Source of the DNA: an uncultured Candidatus Saccharibacteria bacterium | GTDB taxonomy: Bacteria; Patescibacteriota; Minisyncoccia; Phycocordibacterales; UBA5272 | Direction of reading: 5' to 3' | Assembly: GCA_964464695.1 (NCBI GenBank) | Contig: CAYXKW010000006.1 | Coordinates: forward strand, 2,489-66,488 | DNA: 64,000 nt | Shown here: piece after piece, positions 1 to 9,242 of the stretch | Layout of the letters: every line of letters begins with the position of its first letter | Numbering within the stretch: position 1 is the first letter of the stretch | Made by a program: the position numbers and the translations under genes | The notes under the pieces: generated by a model | Told to the model about the DNA's origin: nothing | Seen by the model: the letters and a program-made list of their open reading frames with translations, nothing else | The model's database searches: none

Positions 1-1
1 A

Positions 2-2035
2 ACCGTTTCTGCAACAACAAGTGCATCTAATAACGTCGCAGGACTCTACGGTGCGTATAAGTTCAATCCAACAGATGGCGGTGTGCAAGTTGGTAACAGG
101 TTCACTGTAGAAAATGCACCAACTACAGCAACTAACACAGCGGTTGGAGAAATTATCCGTATGTCTGATAACACAGCACTTGCAAACACTATTAGAGGAC
201 TTGAAGTAGTGGCATCAGTTGGCTCAAATGCAAATGGTATCAACACCGGTATCCGTACAACTGGAGGAACATTTGGTATTCAGGCTCTTACAACAGGACT
301 AGCTGGAGGTGTTGCAACTCCAGCTGCAATTTATGGAGAAAATACTGGCACAACTCAAGGTGACATCTTGAGACTCTATTCAGGAACAATCACCTCAGCT
401 CCTTCAATGGCAAGTCTCTACCAAGAGCTCTCATCATACTCAGGTGCTGGACTACTTATGAATCTTGGTGCAAATGGTGGAGCGTTCACTGGTAACTTTA
501 TTGATCTTCAAAAGAATGGTGTATCACAATTCGTGGTATCAAATGGTGGAAATGTGACATTAAATGGTAACCTCACCGCAACAGGAACACTTTCAATCAT
601 CGGTAACACATCACTTGTGAATGCGTCCACTACAAACGTCACCGCATCTGGCTCACTCTTCCTCTCATCTCTCACCCCAGGATCTGTAGCATTCATCGGA
701 ACTGGAGGTGCTGTATCACAAAGTAATTCAGGGCTTTTCTTTGATAATTCAAACACTCGACTTGGTATCGGTACATCAACCCCAGGCACACGCCTTGATG
801 TCTACCAGAATACTTCTGCTACATCTACTGACATCTTCCGTATTATTTCTGATGTAACATCAACAGGAAACACAGTATTTAAAATAAAAGCAAATGGAGA
901 TGTCTTCACAGATGGAGCAACAACAATCGGAACACCTGCCGACCTTGCAGAAAATTATCCGGTTGCTTCAACCTCAGGCCCACTTCCTGCAGGAACAGTT
1001 GTTGCTCTTGCTACTTCAACACAAGACTGGTCATACGATAACGGCGAGACAGCATCAAGTACATTTGCAATGGCAACTATCAGGAAGTCATCATACGGAG
1101 AAGAAGCTATCGGAGTTATTTCAACGAAGCCAGGTATATTACTTGGTGGTAATACGGTAAATGGTGCACCAGTTGCTTTCTCAGGACGTGTACCAGTATT
1201 TGTAACTAATGAAAATGGTCCAGTTGTGAAAGGAGACGCTCTTACAGTGTCATCAGGTACTCCAGGGTACGCAATGAAGGCAACTGAAAATGCATACACC
1301 ATCGGACGCGCACTCTCTGATGCAGACGTAAACGCTACTGGTACAACAGTGCTGATGGTGGTAGAGAATAAGCAAAAGACAATTACTCTCACAGGAATTG
1401 ATGGACTTGGAGCTCTTGCTATCGCATCGTCATCAGTCTCTGCAACTACAACAGTGTTCGCAACTCTTACGGATAAGATTGCTCGTGGCGGTTCAGTTGT
1501 AAAAGAATATGTAGCGGTAAAGATGAGTGCCGTTGTTGGATACTTTGACAAATTATTTGCTCGTGAAATCTACACAGATAAAGTGTGTATCAAGAAGTCT
1601 AACGGTGAGGATGTCTGTCTCACTGGAGATCAGGTCGAGAGTATGATGAACAACACATCACAAATGCCACTCCTAAGTCCTACGATTTCAAATAACCAAG
1701 GTGGAACAGGTAGTGGAACAAGTACAATTCCTACAGATGAAACAGTCCTCGGCTCATCAACCTCGACTTCTCCAACAGGCACAGATACAGGAACAAGTAC
1801 TAGTCCTATAACAGGAACATCAACAGGAACATCAACAGGAACTGGAACAACGACAGTCGGAACAGGTTCTAGTACTCCCGACACATCAACGACAGGAGGA
1901 AGTACAACTACACCTACTCCTGAACCAACACCAACCCCAGAACCTACACCTGAGCCTACACCGGAACCAACACCAACCCCAGAACCTACTCCTGAACCAA
2001 CACCAACCCCAGAACCAACACCAGTCACTCCATAA
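2..2035 (+). CDS. Large secreted/surface protein, 5'-partial (the reading frame is open to the window edge). It is Thr/Gly/Ser-rich and has a C-terminal (PTPEPTPEP)n repeat tail.
   Basis: The frame from nt 2 has no stop before 2035, so the gene starts upstream of the window; the annotated GTG at 83 is internal. The last ~45 aa are roughly 12 PEPTP repeats. Composition is low-complexity T/G/S/N-rich, typical of cell-surface fibrillar proteins. Confidence 0.6.
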   Translation, partial: TVSATTSASNNVAGLYGAYKFNPTDGGVQVGNRFTVENAPTTATNTAVGEIIRMSDNTALANTIRGLEVVASVGSNANGINTGIRTTGGTFGIQALTTGLAGGVATPAAIYGENTGTTQGDILRLYSGTITSAPSMASLYQELSSYSGAGLLMNLGANGGAFTGNFIDLQKNGVSQFVVSNGGNVTLNGNLTATGTLSIIGNTSLVNASTTNVTASGSLFLSSLTPGSVAFIGTGGAVSQSNSGLFFDNSNTRLGIGTSTPGTRLDVYQNTSATSTDIFRIISDVTSTGNTVFKIKANGDVFTDGATTIGTPADLAENYPVASTSGPLPAGTVVALATSTQDWSYDNGETASSTFAMATIRKSSYGEEAIGVISTKPGILLGGNTVNGAPVAFSGRVPVFVTNENGPVVKGDALTVSSGTPGYAMKATENAYTIGRALSDADVNATGTTVLMVVENKQKTITLTGIDGLGALAIASSSVSATTTVFATLTDKIARGGSVVKEYVAVKMSAVVGYFDKLFAREIYTDKVCIKKSNGEDVCLTGDQVESMMNNTSQMPLLSPTISNNQGGTGSGTSTIPTDETVLGSSTSTSPTGTDTGTSTSPITGTSTGTSTGTGTTTVGTGSSTPDTSTTGGSTTTPTPEPTPTPEPTPEPTPEPTPTPEPTPEPTPTPEPTPVTP

Positions 2036-2054
2036 TTATTAACTACACACATAT

Positions 2055-4283
2055 ATGCAAACCATCTCCACTCAAATAAACTTTCTCAAAAAATATTCTA
2101 AGCTCTCAAAGTACATATTAGCTGTAGTTGTATTTGGTCTGGGGTCTGTCAGTCTGTTGTCTTCCCCAATCTCACCTGTTAATGCCGCCACAACAGTCGG
2201 AGTCTCCAACACCACCATCGTCCCACAAGGTCTTGTCGGTTATTGGACTTTTGATGGTAAAAATATGACGAATGCCACCGCTACGGATATAAGTGGGAGT
2301 GGTCTTAACGGAACACTTAAGAACATGACAACAGCTGGGAGTGCTATCCCAGGTAAGATGGGGCAAGCACTAAAGTTTAATGGAACAAGTAATTACATTA
2401 ATCTTGGGTCATCTGCAGTAGACAACTCAGTTTATTCAATCTCACTGTGGGTTTATAATTATGGATCAACCACTGGGCAAGTATTTATGCGTGGGAATGG
2501 AACAAGTTATTGTTTTTATAATCCATCTATATATATTGGGAATGGAACTATATCTGTTGCGGAAACAGGATGTTCAGGTGGTGGAACTATAGGATCGAAA
2601 GCACTAACAAAAGGTTGGCATCACATAGTAATTACACGTAATGGTCAGAATGCAATTTTCTATGTTGATGGTGTAGTTGTAGCAACAGATAATAGTAATA
2701 ATGGAGGAAATCCAACTCAGGGCGTTTTAATTTTTGGAGCAGCCCCAACAAATCCATCCGGAAGCACTGTAACAAATTATTTTGATGGTGCATTGGACGA
2801 CGTCCGCATCTACAACCGCGCAATCACCTCATCTGAAGTCCAAACCCTCTACAGAGCAGGTGGGGGAGTCCTAACTACTGCAACACCAAGTACAAGTAAT
2901 GCGGTCAGCTTAAATTCAGGACTTGCCGGGTATTGGACATTCGATGGAAAGAATATGACGAATGCTACCGCAACAGACATGAGCGGAAATGGGAACAACG
3001 GAACGCTAACGAATATGTCAAAATTAAGTAATGCGGTTGTAGGAAAGATAGGACAAGCACTAAAATTTGTAGGTGGGACAAATACGTTTGTGAGTGTTAA
3101 AGATAGTAATTCCCTTGATACGACATCTGATTTAACTATTTCAACATGGGTAAAAGCGAATAGTTGGACAGGTGAAAGTATCTATAACTATTCCACACTT
3201 GTAAAAAAAGATCAAAATTATATTTTACGTGCAGATAGTGTAACTATTTCAGGGTGTGGTGCAACAACTCAATTAAAGTTACTTTGGTTTAATGGGTCGT
3301 ATATTGATTCTTATTGTGTAGCACTCCCAACTGTGGGTATGTGGCACCATATTGTTGCTACTGTGCAAGGTGGAACGACTAAAAAAATGTATATTGATGG
3401 GGTACTCCAATCAGGTTCATATCATCCCAATGTAACCACCTTAGCAAGAAATTTAACTGTTAACTTATCAATTGGGGATCATCAAAGTTCCGGAGGAGAA
3501 GGTTTTGATGGACAGTTAGATGAAGTTCGTGTATATACACGTGCACTTTCCGCGCAAGAAGTTCAGTCCCTCTATAAACTTGGCCAAACACTAACATCGG
3601 TCAGTCCAACAAATAATAACGGTACTGGCATCAACTCCGGTCTCATTGGTTACTGGCCATTTGATGGGAAGTATATGACGAATACTACTGTACTCGATGC
3701 AAGTGGGAATGGTCTAACCGGTACATTAACCAACATGACTCGGAATGGTAGTGCTGTTATTGGAAAGATTGGACAAGGTTTAAAATTCACCGGAGCTGGT
3801 CAGTATATATCACTAGGTACTCCAGCATCTTTGGATTTGCGAAGTGCTCATAGTATTTCAGTGTGGGTAAAAACTAACGTTCTAAACACTACACAGACAA
3901 TATTTGCCGCAGGCACACAAGGATGTTGTGGTACAGAGAACTTATTTAGTCTTAATTACAACGGTGGAGGTGGAACATATAGACCACAGTATGCACATAG
4001 TGCATTTACTAGTCTAGATGCCGCACCACCAGACTTGAAAACTAACACATGGTACCACATAGTTGCAACTTGGGACGGATCAGCTACCCAGAAGATATAT
4101 ATAAATGGAATCTTAAGTAATTCAGGAGCGTTAACAGGGATTGGAAGTTTTGGAAATATTGCTAATATTGGAGCAACAGATGGAGGGGCTACATCTTTTA
4201 ACGGAACCATGGACGATCTGAGGGTGTATAGTCGAGAACTTTCTACATCCGATGTGAAAGCACTGTATAAGTTAGGAAATTAA
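2055..4283 (+). CDS. Secreted protein with three tandem LamG / concanavalin A-like lectin domains
   Basis: N-terminal signal/TM segment (LAVVVFGLGSVSLL). There are three ~230-aa internal repeats, each opening with GL(V/A/I)GYW(T/P)FDGK(N/Y)MTN..D.SG.G.NGTL.NM and closing with LD(D/E)VR(I/V)Y.RA(I/L)(T/S)..EV..LY; the third repeat ends MDDLRVYSRELSTSDVKALY. This matches the LamG_3-type pattern. Confidence 0.7.
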   Translation: MQTISTQINFLKKYSKLSKYILAVVVFGLGSVSLLSSPISPVNAATTVGVSNTTIVPQGLVGYWTFDGKNMTNATATDISGSGLNGTLKNMTTAGSAIPGKMGQALKFNGTSNYINLGSSAVDNSVYSISLWVYNYGSTTGQVFMRGNGTSYCFYNPSIYIGNGTISVAETGCSGGGTIGSKALTKGWHHIVITRNGQNAIFYVDGVVVATDNSNNGGNPTQGVLIFGAAPTNPSGSTVTNYFDGALDDVRIYNRAITSSEVQTLYRAGGGVLTTATPSTSNAVSLNSGLAGYWTFDGKNMTNATATDMSGNGNNGTLTNMSKLSNAVVGKIGQALKFVGGTNTFVSVKDSNSLDTTSDLTISTWVKANSWTGESIYNYSTLVKKDQNYILRADSVTISGCGATTQLKLLWFNGSYIDSYCVALPTVGMWHHIVATVQGGTTKKMYIDGVLQSGSYHPNVTTLARNLTVNLSIGDHQSSGGEGFDGQLDEVRVYTRALSAQEVQSLYKLGQTLTSVSPTNNNGTGINSGLIGYWPFDGKYMTNTTVLDASGNGLTGTLTNMTRNGSAVIGKIGQGLKFTGAGQYISLGTPASLDLRSAHSISVWVKTNVLNTTQTIFAAGTQGCCGTENLFSLNYNGGGGTYRPQYAHSAFTSLDAAPPDLKTNTWYHIVATWDGSATQKIYINGILSNSGALTGIGSFGNIANIGATDGGATSFNGTMDDLRVYSRELSTSDVKALYKLGN

Positions 4284-4715
4284 ATAATAGAAGTTTTACG
4301 ATAACGCGCCCTAAGTAGGGTACTTATTTAAAATTATTTAAGACAGTAATCAGCACAAACTTATCAACAAGTTGTACAAACTAAAGATGATTATTAACAT
4401 TATGAATGCTCTTGCAAAATCAGAAATATTTTTTGGCGTGTCATCAATTTGATTTATTTCCCTTGTAATTCTCCTCGAAGTGTCTCTTGTGTACCTCATT
4501 ATCATTGCATATAAGTTCGTTACTATCTCTGAAACAATAAAAAAGAAGACAGGAGGGTCTCCTTAAACAATTAATAGCGAAGGCAAGACCTTTGTTCTTT
4601 TTCGATATACGTCCATTATTTTTATAATGGCGCAATTTACAGCTAGTGTATTAAAAATAGTGCTCCACAGAAAGTCACATTAAGAAATGCTATAATTAGA
4701 GTACGTTATATATCT

Positions 4716-5747
4716 ATGATTGTCAGACATATTCACTTTTTAAAAATTGCTCTGTTGGTGTTTACTTTTCTTTTTGTACTGACAAATAATAATCTCTACG
4801 CTGAGACGGTAACTGGCGGAGGATACACAATTGAACAGGTTATTGCTCCGATTCAAGGGGCTATTTCTGGTAATGGGTACATTTTACAACAGTCTTCCCA
4901 AGTGCCTGGTTCAAAAGAAACAGGGGGAGGGTATGTTATCACAAGTGTTTTTGGGTCAGGTACTGTTGCTGTGATTACCCCACCACCTGCACCGTACACT
5001 CCACAAGTAAGTGGCGGTAGTTTCTTTGTTTTCCTTGATCCATATGGATACAGAATTCCACCCACACCAATTGCACCATCTTCTACGCCACAAGTTACGC
5101 CCACTAATCCAACCTCAACATCTCATGTTGTTATAGAAGGAACTTCCACTGACCCAATTGTTGTTGATTCAGGAAGTACTTGCTCATCAAGAATTACTTT
5201 TACTCGTGCGATAGATATTAATTCCCCAGACAACCTAAAAGAAGATGTTCAGAAACTGGAAATTTTCTTGAACACTTATGAAGGTGAGAAACTTCCGGTA
5301 AACGGAATTTATGAAAATCGTGATATTGTTGCAGTAAAAAAATGGCAACAAAAATATAGGACATTTGTGCTTGATCCTATGCTCCTTAAGCAACCAACAG
5401 GTACTATTTATACACTAAGTCAGCGCCAGATTGAGCGTCAGACTACAAAGCCGTGTGGTGAGCCAGTTGTTGTCACAGCATGTCCGTACTTTAAAGAATA
5501 TGCATATTATGGACAAAGAGGTCCAACTGTCCGAAAGATTCAGCAGTTCCTCAATGTTGTACGTGGTGAAAACTTACCATTAAGCGGTGTTTACGGTCCA
5601 CTAACTCGCGCTGCCACGAAGCGATTTCAGCAGGCGTATAGAAAAGATATTTTTAATATCCTTAAGCTAAGTTTCATTTCTGGAAACTGGAATGAAGCAA
5701 CCAGAGTAAAAGCCAACCAAGCAATTGGTTGTGATATAATCGAATAA
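4716..5747 (+). CDS. Secreted protein with a Pro/Thr linker and two putative peptidoglycan-binding-like repeats
   Basis: Signal peptide (LLVFTFLFVLTNNNLYA). Two C-terminal repeats, LPVNGIYENRDIVAVKKWQQKY and LPLSGVYGPLTRAATKRFQQAYRKD, resemble PG_binding_1 helices. TGGGY(T/V)I motifs are repeated near the N-terminus. Confidence 0.5.
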   Translation: MIVRHIHFLKIALLVFTFLFVLTNNNLYAETVTGGGYTIEQVIAPIQGAISGNGYILQQSSQVPGSKETGGGYVITSVFGSGTVAVITPPPAPYTPQVSGGSFFVFLDPYGYRIPPTPIAPSSTPQVTPTNPTSTSHVVIEGTSTDPIVVDSGSTCSSRITFTRAIDINSPDNLKEDVQKLEIFLNTYEGEKLPVNGIYENRDIVAVKKWQQKYRTFVLDPMLLKQPTGTIYTLSQRQIERQTTKPCGEPVVVTACPYFKEYAYYGQRGPTVRKIQQFLNVVRGENLPLSGVYGPLTRAATKRFQQAYRKDIFNILKLSFISGNWNEATRVKANQAIGCDIIE

Positions 5748-5762
5748 ATACAATCTATCGTT

Positions 5763-6281
5763 ATGGACCTCAATCAATTCGAAAAACGAAATACAGATCA
5801 AGAACATTTAATTCACGCAGAAGCACTCGGGGAAGTCGAAGCATCTTTTGCTCGAGGTGAAATGGAAAAAATCAAGCATAAACTTGAGGTCAGAAAGAAA
5901 AAACAAAAGCGACTAAAAATTATTTTCCTAAGTCTGGGAAGTGTCATTACATTACTTATTATTTTTGCAGTGTATTCCCAATACAAGTTATATACACTCG
6001 CTCGAGATGAAAAAATGATTCCGGCAGCTGTAACCACAGCAACCACTGGAACAGAAGTTGTGAAAATGCTTGGAAGACATGTCTTATTACCGGAAGGGGA
6101 GCCACAGATAGCAGAAGTGAAGGATATTGAAAAGTTACGAGATACTCAGGCATTTTTTAAGAATGCAGAAAATGGAGATCTTATTATTCTGTACCCAACC
6201 ACAATATTTATTTATCGGCCTTCGAAGGATATTGTGGTTTCTTCAGGTGATATTTCTGGTCTTGGTCAAACAAAACCATAA
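5763..6281 (+). CDS. Hypothetical single-pass membrane protein
   Basis: ORF with a Lys-rich region followed by one TM segment (IIFLSLGSVITLLIIFAVY). No recognisable motif. Confidence 0.35.
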   Translation: MDLNQFEKRNTDQEHLIHAEALGEVEASFARGEMEKIKHKLEVRKKKQKRLKIIFLSLGSVITLLIIFAVYSQYKLYTLARDEKMIPAAVTTATTGTEVVKMLGRHVLLPEGEPQIAEVKDIEKLRDTQAFFKNAENGDLIILYPTTIFIYRPSKDIVVSSGDISGLGQTKP

Positions 6282-6350
6282 GCAACTGGTGTTTTATCTA
6301 TTAATTAGATTACCTACAGTTATATAACTTTTGTATGTTATATTTATTGT

Positions 6351-6977
6351 GTGATTGTACTTACGAAAAAAGACACCATTGAAGGTAAAATTAAAGCGCT
6401 TTATTCTGCAAATTTTTCTATTGCTGAAGTAGCAGAAGAACTCAATATGTCACCATCGGGTATTCGGTATCATTTGGTAAAAAATGGAGTAAACATAAGA
6501 AAACGATCTGATGCTGTTAGGGTTAAGCATAATAAAAAATTAAATAGTCATAGTTCGCATATTCCAAAAAATATTCCTATTAATTTACAAAAGATTTATT
6601 TTATAGGATTGTCGCTTTATTGGGGTGAAGGATCGAAAACTGGTAACACGGTTGCAATTACAAATAGTGACCCGTCACTTATTCTCTCTTTTCTTGTGTT
6701 TCTACGTAAAATTTGTTTAATAGATGAAAAAAGACTTCATATCCTTATTCATTACCATGAAAATCAAAATGAGGATTCATTAATTAGACATTGGTCGGAA
6801 ATATGTAAAATTCCAAAGGCGCAATTCTATAAAAGCAGTCTTCATAAAAAAAGTAGTAAAAAGTCGACAAACTATTTAAAATTTGGTACTATTTCACTAC
6901 GCTATGCAGATACAGTCTTGTTTAATGAGTTATTAATAAGGATTGAGCAGTTGAAGATAGTAAATAAGCCAGAATAG
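6351..6977 (+). CDS. HTH-containing protein with a LAGLIDADG-like motif (possible free-standing homing endonuclease); its 3' end overlaps tRNA-Thr
   Basis: N-terminal HTH-like stretch (FSIAEVAEELNMSPSGIRYHLVKNG). A central YFIGLSLYWGEGSKTG resembles the LAGLIDADG core (compare LAGFVDGDGS and LLGLWIGDG). The stop codon (6975-6977) lies inside the tRNA-Thr acceptor stem. Confidence 0.35.
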   Translation: MIVLTKKDTIEGKIKALYSANFSIAEVAEELNMSPSGIRYHLVKNGVNIRKRSDAVRVKHNKKLNSHSSHIPKNIPINLQKIYFIGLSLYWGEGSKTGNTVAITNSDPSLILSFLVFLRKICLIDEKRLHILIHYHENQNEDSLIRHWSEICKIPKAQFYKSSLHKKSSKKSTNYLKFGTISLRYADTVLFNELLIRIEQLKIVNKPE

Positions 6978-7043
6978 CTCAGTTGGTAGAGCAATTGTTT
7001 TGTAAACAATAGGTCCTCGGTTCGAGCCCGAGTTCTGGCTCCA
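6968..7043 (+). tRNA. tRNA-Thr (anticodon TGT)
   Basis: Folded by hand: acceptor GCCAGAA/TTCTGGC, D-arm AGCTCAGTTGGTAGAGC, anticodon stem ATTGT/ACAAT with loop TTTGTAA (TGT), T-arm CTCGGTTCGAGCCCGAG, 3' CCA encoded. Confidence 0.85.
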
Positions 7044-7139
7044 ATAGAATGTTGAAAGTAGAAGGTGGAGAGTCGACTGAAGGGTCGACTTACATATAAT
7101 CTTAACCACCTACCACATTCCATACTCTACTTGCCAAAT

Positions 7140-7829
7140 ATGATAGACACAAAAAAGTATACATTCACGTTTTTCGTCACTACCGCTATTTTTGCGACGG
7201 CTTTTTTTGCGTCAACTTTTTTCTCTCAGAAGCGAGTAGAAAATGTTAAATTTATTCAAGACAATATTGCGATAGATATTCTTTCAAGTGAAACACAATT
7301 TGACCTGCTTAAAGAAGTCCCATGTCAGAATGTGAACGACTCAATCTTATCTCCGGAGTTAAGTGACTTAGGGGACAGACTTTCTCATACAGAAAATATA
7401 CGTGGTGAGAAAGATGCAGATGTGGTTTATCTAAAGAAATATTACTCATTACTTCAGGTAAAAGATTACTTACTTTCAAAAAAAGTTGCAGAGAAATGTG
7501 GGTCGCTTAAAAAGCAGGTATTTATTATTTATTTCTATTCAAATAAAGGAAATTGTTTAGACTGTCAAAAGGAAGGGTATGTGCTTACACGTCTTAAAGA
7601 AAAATATCCTGAGCTTCGAGTGTATTCATTTGATTTTGATTTAGATCTTTCTGTAATCAATTCATTGAAGTCAATTTACAAAGTACAATCAGCTCTCCCT
7701 GTGCTTATTATTGATGACAAGACATATACAGGGTATCAATCGATAGAGGACCTCGAAAAACTACTTCCAGAAACACTTAAGAAAATTGAGACTGCGTCGA
7801 CGACAACCTCAACAACTTCAAAAAAGTAG
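7140..7829 (+). CDS. Membrane-anchored thioredoxin-like protein (CxxC)
   Basis: Likely start is MIDTKKYTFTFFVTTAIFATAFFA (TM helix); the track's start at 7065 would include a hairpin (AGTCGAC..GTCGACT, 7070-7091) just after the tRNA. FYSNKGNCLDCQKEG has a CxxC motif in a thioredoxin-like context, and there is a C-terminal Thr-rich tail. Confidence 0.45.
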   Translation: MIDTKKYTFTFFVTTAIFATAFFASTFFSQKRVENVKFIQDNIAIDILSSETQFDLLKEVPCQNVNDSILSPELSDLGDRLSHTENIRGEKDADVVYLKKYYSLLQVKDYLLSKKVAEKCGSLKKQVFIIYFYSNKGNCLDCQKEGYVLTRLKEKYPELRVYSFDFDLDLSVINSLKSIYKVQSALPVLIIDDKTYTGYQSIEDLEKLLPETLKKIETASTTTSTTSKK

Positions 7830-7853
7830 CGTATACTTTTTTACAACTAACGT

Positions 7854-9116
7854 ATGATTGATACTATTTTACAAGGTCTAATGTATCCATTTCTGTACAT
7901 GTCTATGTATTTTCAGGTGATACTCCTCACTTCTTTTTTTGAAAATGCAAAGAAAATAAAAAATGAGGAAACTTTGGATGTTAAAAAATTTCCATCTGTA
8001 AGTGTGGCTGTACCGTGTTGGAATGAGTCAAAGACAATAGGAGGGACAATAGAATCTCTTCTTGCGCTTGATTATCCAAAAGATAAGTTGCACGTCATTG
8101 TTGTGGACAACAATAGTACAGATGACACACATGCAATCGCACTTACGTACCAAGAAAAATACCCTCAGCAAGTGGAGGTACTTTTAGAGACTAAGCAAGG
8201 CAAGCATCATGCAGTGAATGCTGCACTTCATCATTCAGAATCTGATTTATTCGGTTGTTTGGATGCCGATTCATTTGTCGACACAAAATCACTCAGGATA
8301 ATTGCGTCATATTTCGAGCATCATCCAGAAGCTATGGCGGTTACACCTTGTATTCATATTAAGTCTCCAAAAACAATTATCCAGCGCCTGCAAGCGGTCG
8401 AGTATCTTATGGGTGTTTTTTTACGAAAAGCTTTTGGAGAGATGGATGCTATTCAGGTAACACCTGGTCCTTTTTCTATTTTTAAACGTGGAGTATTCGC
8501 TATTATAGGAGATTACAGAAAGGCGCACAATACAGAGGACTACGAGATTACACTTCGTATGCACAAGCACAGATTGAAGATTATGAATTCTCATAAAGCA
8601 CTTGTGTACACAGTAGGGCCTTCGACATTTAGAGGATACTTCGCGCAACGGTTACGCTGGGCGCGAGGATTTTTAGAAAATTCAATCGACTACAAAGAAC
8701 TTTTCTTTAAGAAGAAATATGGAAACTTTGGGATGTTTACCTTACCAACAGCATTTTTATTTGTATTCTATAGTGTCTATGTTGCTTTCTTTGTTGTGTA
8801 CACAACAATAAAACATTATATCCAAGTAGTAAATCAATGGCTAACAATAGGGATACATCCAAGCATGCCATCATTTGATTTATTTTATTTCAATACTACT
8901 ATTATATCTTTCGTTGCCATGGTAATGCTTTCTATGTTCTTGTTAACCTTATACATCGGAAGTGTACTTTCTGATGACAAGCAGGAGTTGTACAGAAATT
9001 TTCCTATTTTCTTTTTTATCTATCCATTTTTAGGAATGATACTTTTACCCCGAGCTGTTTTCGACACTCTCACTCATCGAAAAAATGAATGGGTACTCCA
9101 GGATACGAAGAAGTAG
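7854..9116 (+). CDS. Family-2 processive glycosyltransferase (cellulose/chitin-synthase-like) with C-terminal TM helices
   Basis: VAVPCWNE...HVIVVDNNSTDDT (DxD region), CLDADS, and the processive GT2 QxxRW motif (AQRLRWARG), followed by 4-5 hydrophobic helices. Confidence 0.75.
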   Translation: MIDTILQGLMYPFLYMSMYFQVILLTSFFENAKKIKNEETLDVKKFPSVSVAVPCWNESKTIGGTIESLLALDYPKDKLHVIVVDNNSTDDTHAIALTYQEKYPQQVEVLLETKQGKHHAVNAALHHSESDLFGCLDADSFVDTKSLRIIASYFEHHPEAMAVTPCIHIKSPKTIIQRLQAVEYLMGVFLRKAFGEMDAIQVTPGPFSIFKRGVFAIIGDYRKAHNTEDYEITLRMHKHRLKIMNSHKALVYTVGPSTFRGYFAQRLRWARGFLENSIDYKELFFKKKYGNFGMFTLPTAFLFVFYSVYVAFFVVYTTIKHYIQVVNQWLTIGIHPSMPSFDLFYFNTTIISFVAMVMLSMFLLTLYIGSVLSDDKQELYRNFPIFFFIYPFLGMILLPRAVFDTLTHRKNEWVLQDTKK

Positions 9117-9134
9117 GAGAAGAATATAGACAGT

Positions 9135-9194
9135 GGAATATAGAGTATAGATAAGACAAAGAAAGACAGTAAACTTTTCTATACTCTATACTCC
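9135..9194. repeat. 17-bp near-perfect inverted repeat (GGAATATAGAGTATAGA ... TCTATACTCTATACTCC) with a ~27-nt spacer, between the GT2 gene and pheS
   Basis: Read directly from the sequence; the arms differ at one base. It could be a terminator-like hairpin or a protein-binding site. Confidence 0.5.
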
Positions 9195-9242
9195 ATTTAC
9201 TATTAAATTTCTTTAACTCAATAAATCTGTTATTATGTAGTC

